Below, in pieces: positions 62,787-64,000 of a DNA stretch of 64,000 nt. The stretch lies in NCBI RefSeq assembly GCF_003019035.1, contig NZ_CP027447.1; one strand, given 5' to 3'. Within the stretch, counting starts at the first letter, position 1, and each line of letters begins with the position of its first letter. Under the pieces are notes generated by a model. It was given only the letters and a program-made list of their open reading frames with translations. It was not told where the DNA came from and searched no databases. The translations under genes and the position numbers were made by a program. This DNA is from Escherichia coli (GTDB lineage: Bacteria; Pseudomonadota; Gammaproteobacteria; Enterobacterales; Enterobacteriaceae).

Positions 62787-62878
62787 TTTTGTCCAATACC
62801 TATTTACATGTCCCATTTTTGGGATAATAATCTAACATATATAGAGCAAACATCATTGCGTTAATAAAGGAGGCAACA
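62787..62878. promoter_or_regulatory. Divergent promoter/operator region of the putative lysogeny switch
   Basis: 92-bp AT-rich gap between the divergent HTH genes, with a strong Shine-Dalgarno (aaggagg) for the plus-strand gene. Confidence 0.4.
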
Positions 62879-63067
62879 ATGACTGCAGAGCAGGTCAAAG
62901 CCCATTTCCGCCGCAACGGAATCACCTTTACCCAGTGGGCAAAACAGAACAACTACACCCGAGCAGAGGTTTACCGCGTACTGAATGGACAGGTAAAAGC
63001 GAACTATGGCAAAGCCCATGAAATCGCCGTCAAGCTGGGATTAAAAACCATCACTGACGCCGCTTAA
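62879..63067 (+). CDS. Small DNA-binding protein, Ner/Cro-like
   Basis: 62-aa basic ORF with an HTH-like segment, divergent from the repressor. Confidence 0.55.
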   Translation: MTAEQVKAHFRRNGITFTQWAKQNNYTRAEVYRVLNGQVKANYGKAHEIAVKLGLKTITDAA

Positions 63068-63113
63068 AAAGATACAGCATGCGAAAAAGATTATCACATA
63101 TTGAAAAAGAGGT

Positions 63114-63428
63114 ATGCAGATGAGTAAGACGAATGTTTCAAGCTCCGGCAGTCGTATCCTCCGGGTACTCAAAGCGCTGCGCGGTCATGCCCTGAACGGT
63201 ATTTCCAACGGTGAACTGGCAGCAGCACTGCACGAGTCACCGGCAAACATCAACCGGGCACTCAACACCCTCATTGAAGAAGGGCTGGCCCTGAAACTGG
63301 AGAATGGACGTTTTGCTCCTGGCATCCAGTTACTGCAGATCGCCATGGCTCACAGTAACGAGATGGCACGAGCGCAGGATCGTATTAACGAAATCAACCA
63401 ACGTGTCATTTCAGGTAGTCGTTTGTAA
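63114..63428 (+). CDS. Hypothetical early protein with N-terminal winged-HTH-like segment
   Basis: 104-aa ORF (SRILRVLKALRGHALNGISNGELAAAL). Confidence 0.4.
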   Translation: MQMSKTNVSSSGSRILRVLKALRGHALNGISNGELAAALHESPANINRALNTLIEEGLALKLENGRFAPGIQLLQIAMAHSNEMARAQDRINEINQRVISGSRL

Positions 63429-63438
63429 GGAGTAATCA

Positions 63439-64000
63439 ATGGGACGCACTAAATCACCAATGACCACAGATCTGAATGCTGAGGTGCCGCTTTCTGATGA
63501 TCTCAACGTCAGCCTGAATACCATGACACAGCATCGTATGGAGATCATGCAGCAGTTCGGCGACGGCCTGCCCTATGAACGTAATCGCATCGTTCACGAA
63601 GCTCGGTTTTATATGGACCAGAGTGCGGAGGCTATGCTGGAGGCAGGTAAACGTTTGGTTATCCTGAAGGAAAATGAACCTCATGGAGAATACGTACAAA
63701 TCGTCAAAGAACAGTTGAACCTTGAGCCACGCATAGCCCAAAAAATGGCCCAAGCTGCTCTGAAGTTTTTATCTCCAGAGCTGACATCAAAAGCGAAAAC
63801 GTTTTCGCATTTGGGAAGATCAAAACTGTACGAATTGATGTTAGAGGATGATGAAGACCTTGCCGAACTGGCCGACGGTGGCACAGTTGCCGGCCTGACG
63901 CTTGACGACGTTGATCGCATGTCAGTACGTGAATTGCGTCAGTCTCTTCGCGAAGCCCGCGAAACCAACGCAGCACAACAGCGCGTACTCGCCGACAAAA
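63439..64000 (+). CDS. Hypothetical early protein (3' end lies outside the window)
   Basis: ATG at 63439 preceded by aaggag; frame open to the window end; absent from the ORF track because there is no stop. Confidence 0.4.
   Translation, partial: MGRTKSPMTTDLNAEVPLSDDLNVSLNTMTQHRMEIMQQFGDGLPYERNRIVHEARFYMDQSAEAMLEAGKRLVILKENEPHGEYVQIVKEQLNLEPRIAQKMAQAALKFLSPELTSKAKTFSHLGRSKLYELMLEDDEDLAELADGGTVAGLTLDDVDRMSVRELRQSLREARETNAAQQRVLADK

Larger units (their letters stand above)
35001..64000. mobile_element. Mu-family prophage (partial; continues beyond the window), late region on the minus strand
   Basis: Contiguous Mu-like lysis, head and tail modules plus a Gin/Pin invertase; host synteny (anmK then slyB in K-12) is interrupted; the terminal sequence starts with TG and has Mu-end-like subterminal repeats. 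Confidence 0.85.

Noticed and set aside
35001-64000. Lambdoid or P2-type prophage
   Set aside because: No integrase or att core is seen next to anmK; the terminal sequence starts with TG and the head genes are Mu-type, which points to a transposable Mu-family phage. A P2-like tail module alone does not make it P2.

Overview
The window has two parts. Positions 1-34885 are conserved Escherichia coli core chromosome, recognised from the translated ORFs (gene names are from memory, no search was run): tus (3' end), fumC, fumA, manA, ydgA, uidCBA-uidR, hdhA, malI, malXY, add, ydgJ, blr, cnu, ydgK, rsxABCDGE-nth, dtpA, gstA, pdxY, tyrS, pdxH, mliC and anmK. From about 35001 to the end of the window is a Mu-family (Myoviridae-type) prophage, inserted just upstream of anmK and continuing beyond 64000. 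Its late genes are all on the minus strand in Mu-like order: holin-like protein, membrane-anchored SLT lysin, Rz with embedded Rz1, small and large terminase, DUF935-type portal, F, G, I protease/scaffold, T major head, sheath, tube, frameshifted chaperone, tape measure, gpU/X/D/V/W/J/I-like baseplate, and tail fibre. The most striking feature is at the prophage end: a Pin/Gin-type serine invertase next to a tail-fibre gene followed by four promoterless, start-less alternative C-terminal cassettes (two direct, two inverted) and a single tail-fibre assembly gene. All cassettes share a roughly 200-bp 5' block and a conserved 3' end, and a hix/gix-like palindrome sits at the fibre constant/variable junction. 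Right of the lysis genes is a mixed-strand accessory and regulatory region: a small P-loop protein, an AT-rich coiled-coil/zinc-ribbon protein, a Dam-family methyltransferase, and a divergent HTH repressor / Ner-Cro-like pair with further plus-strand early genes. No tRNA, rRNA or CRISPR array was seen. All domain and family calls are from reading the translations and from memory; none was checked against a database.
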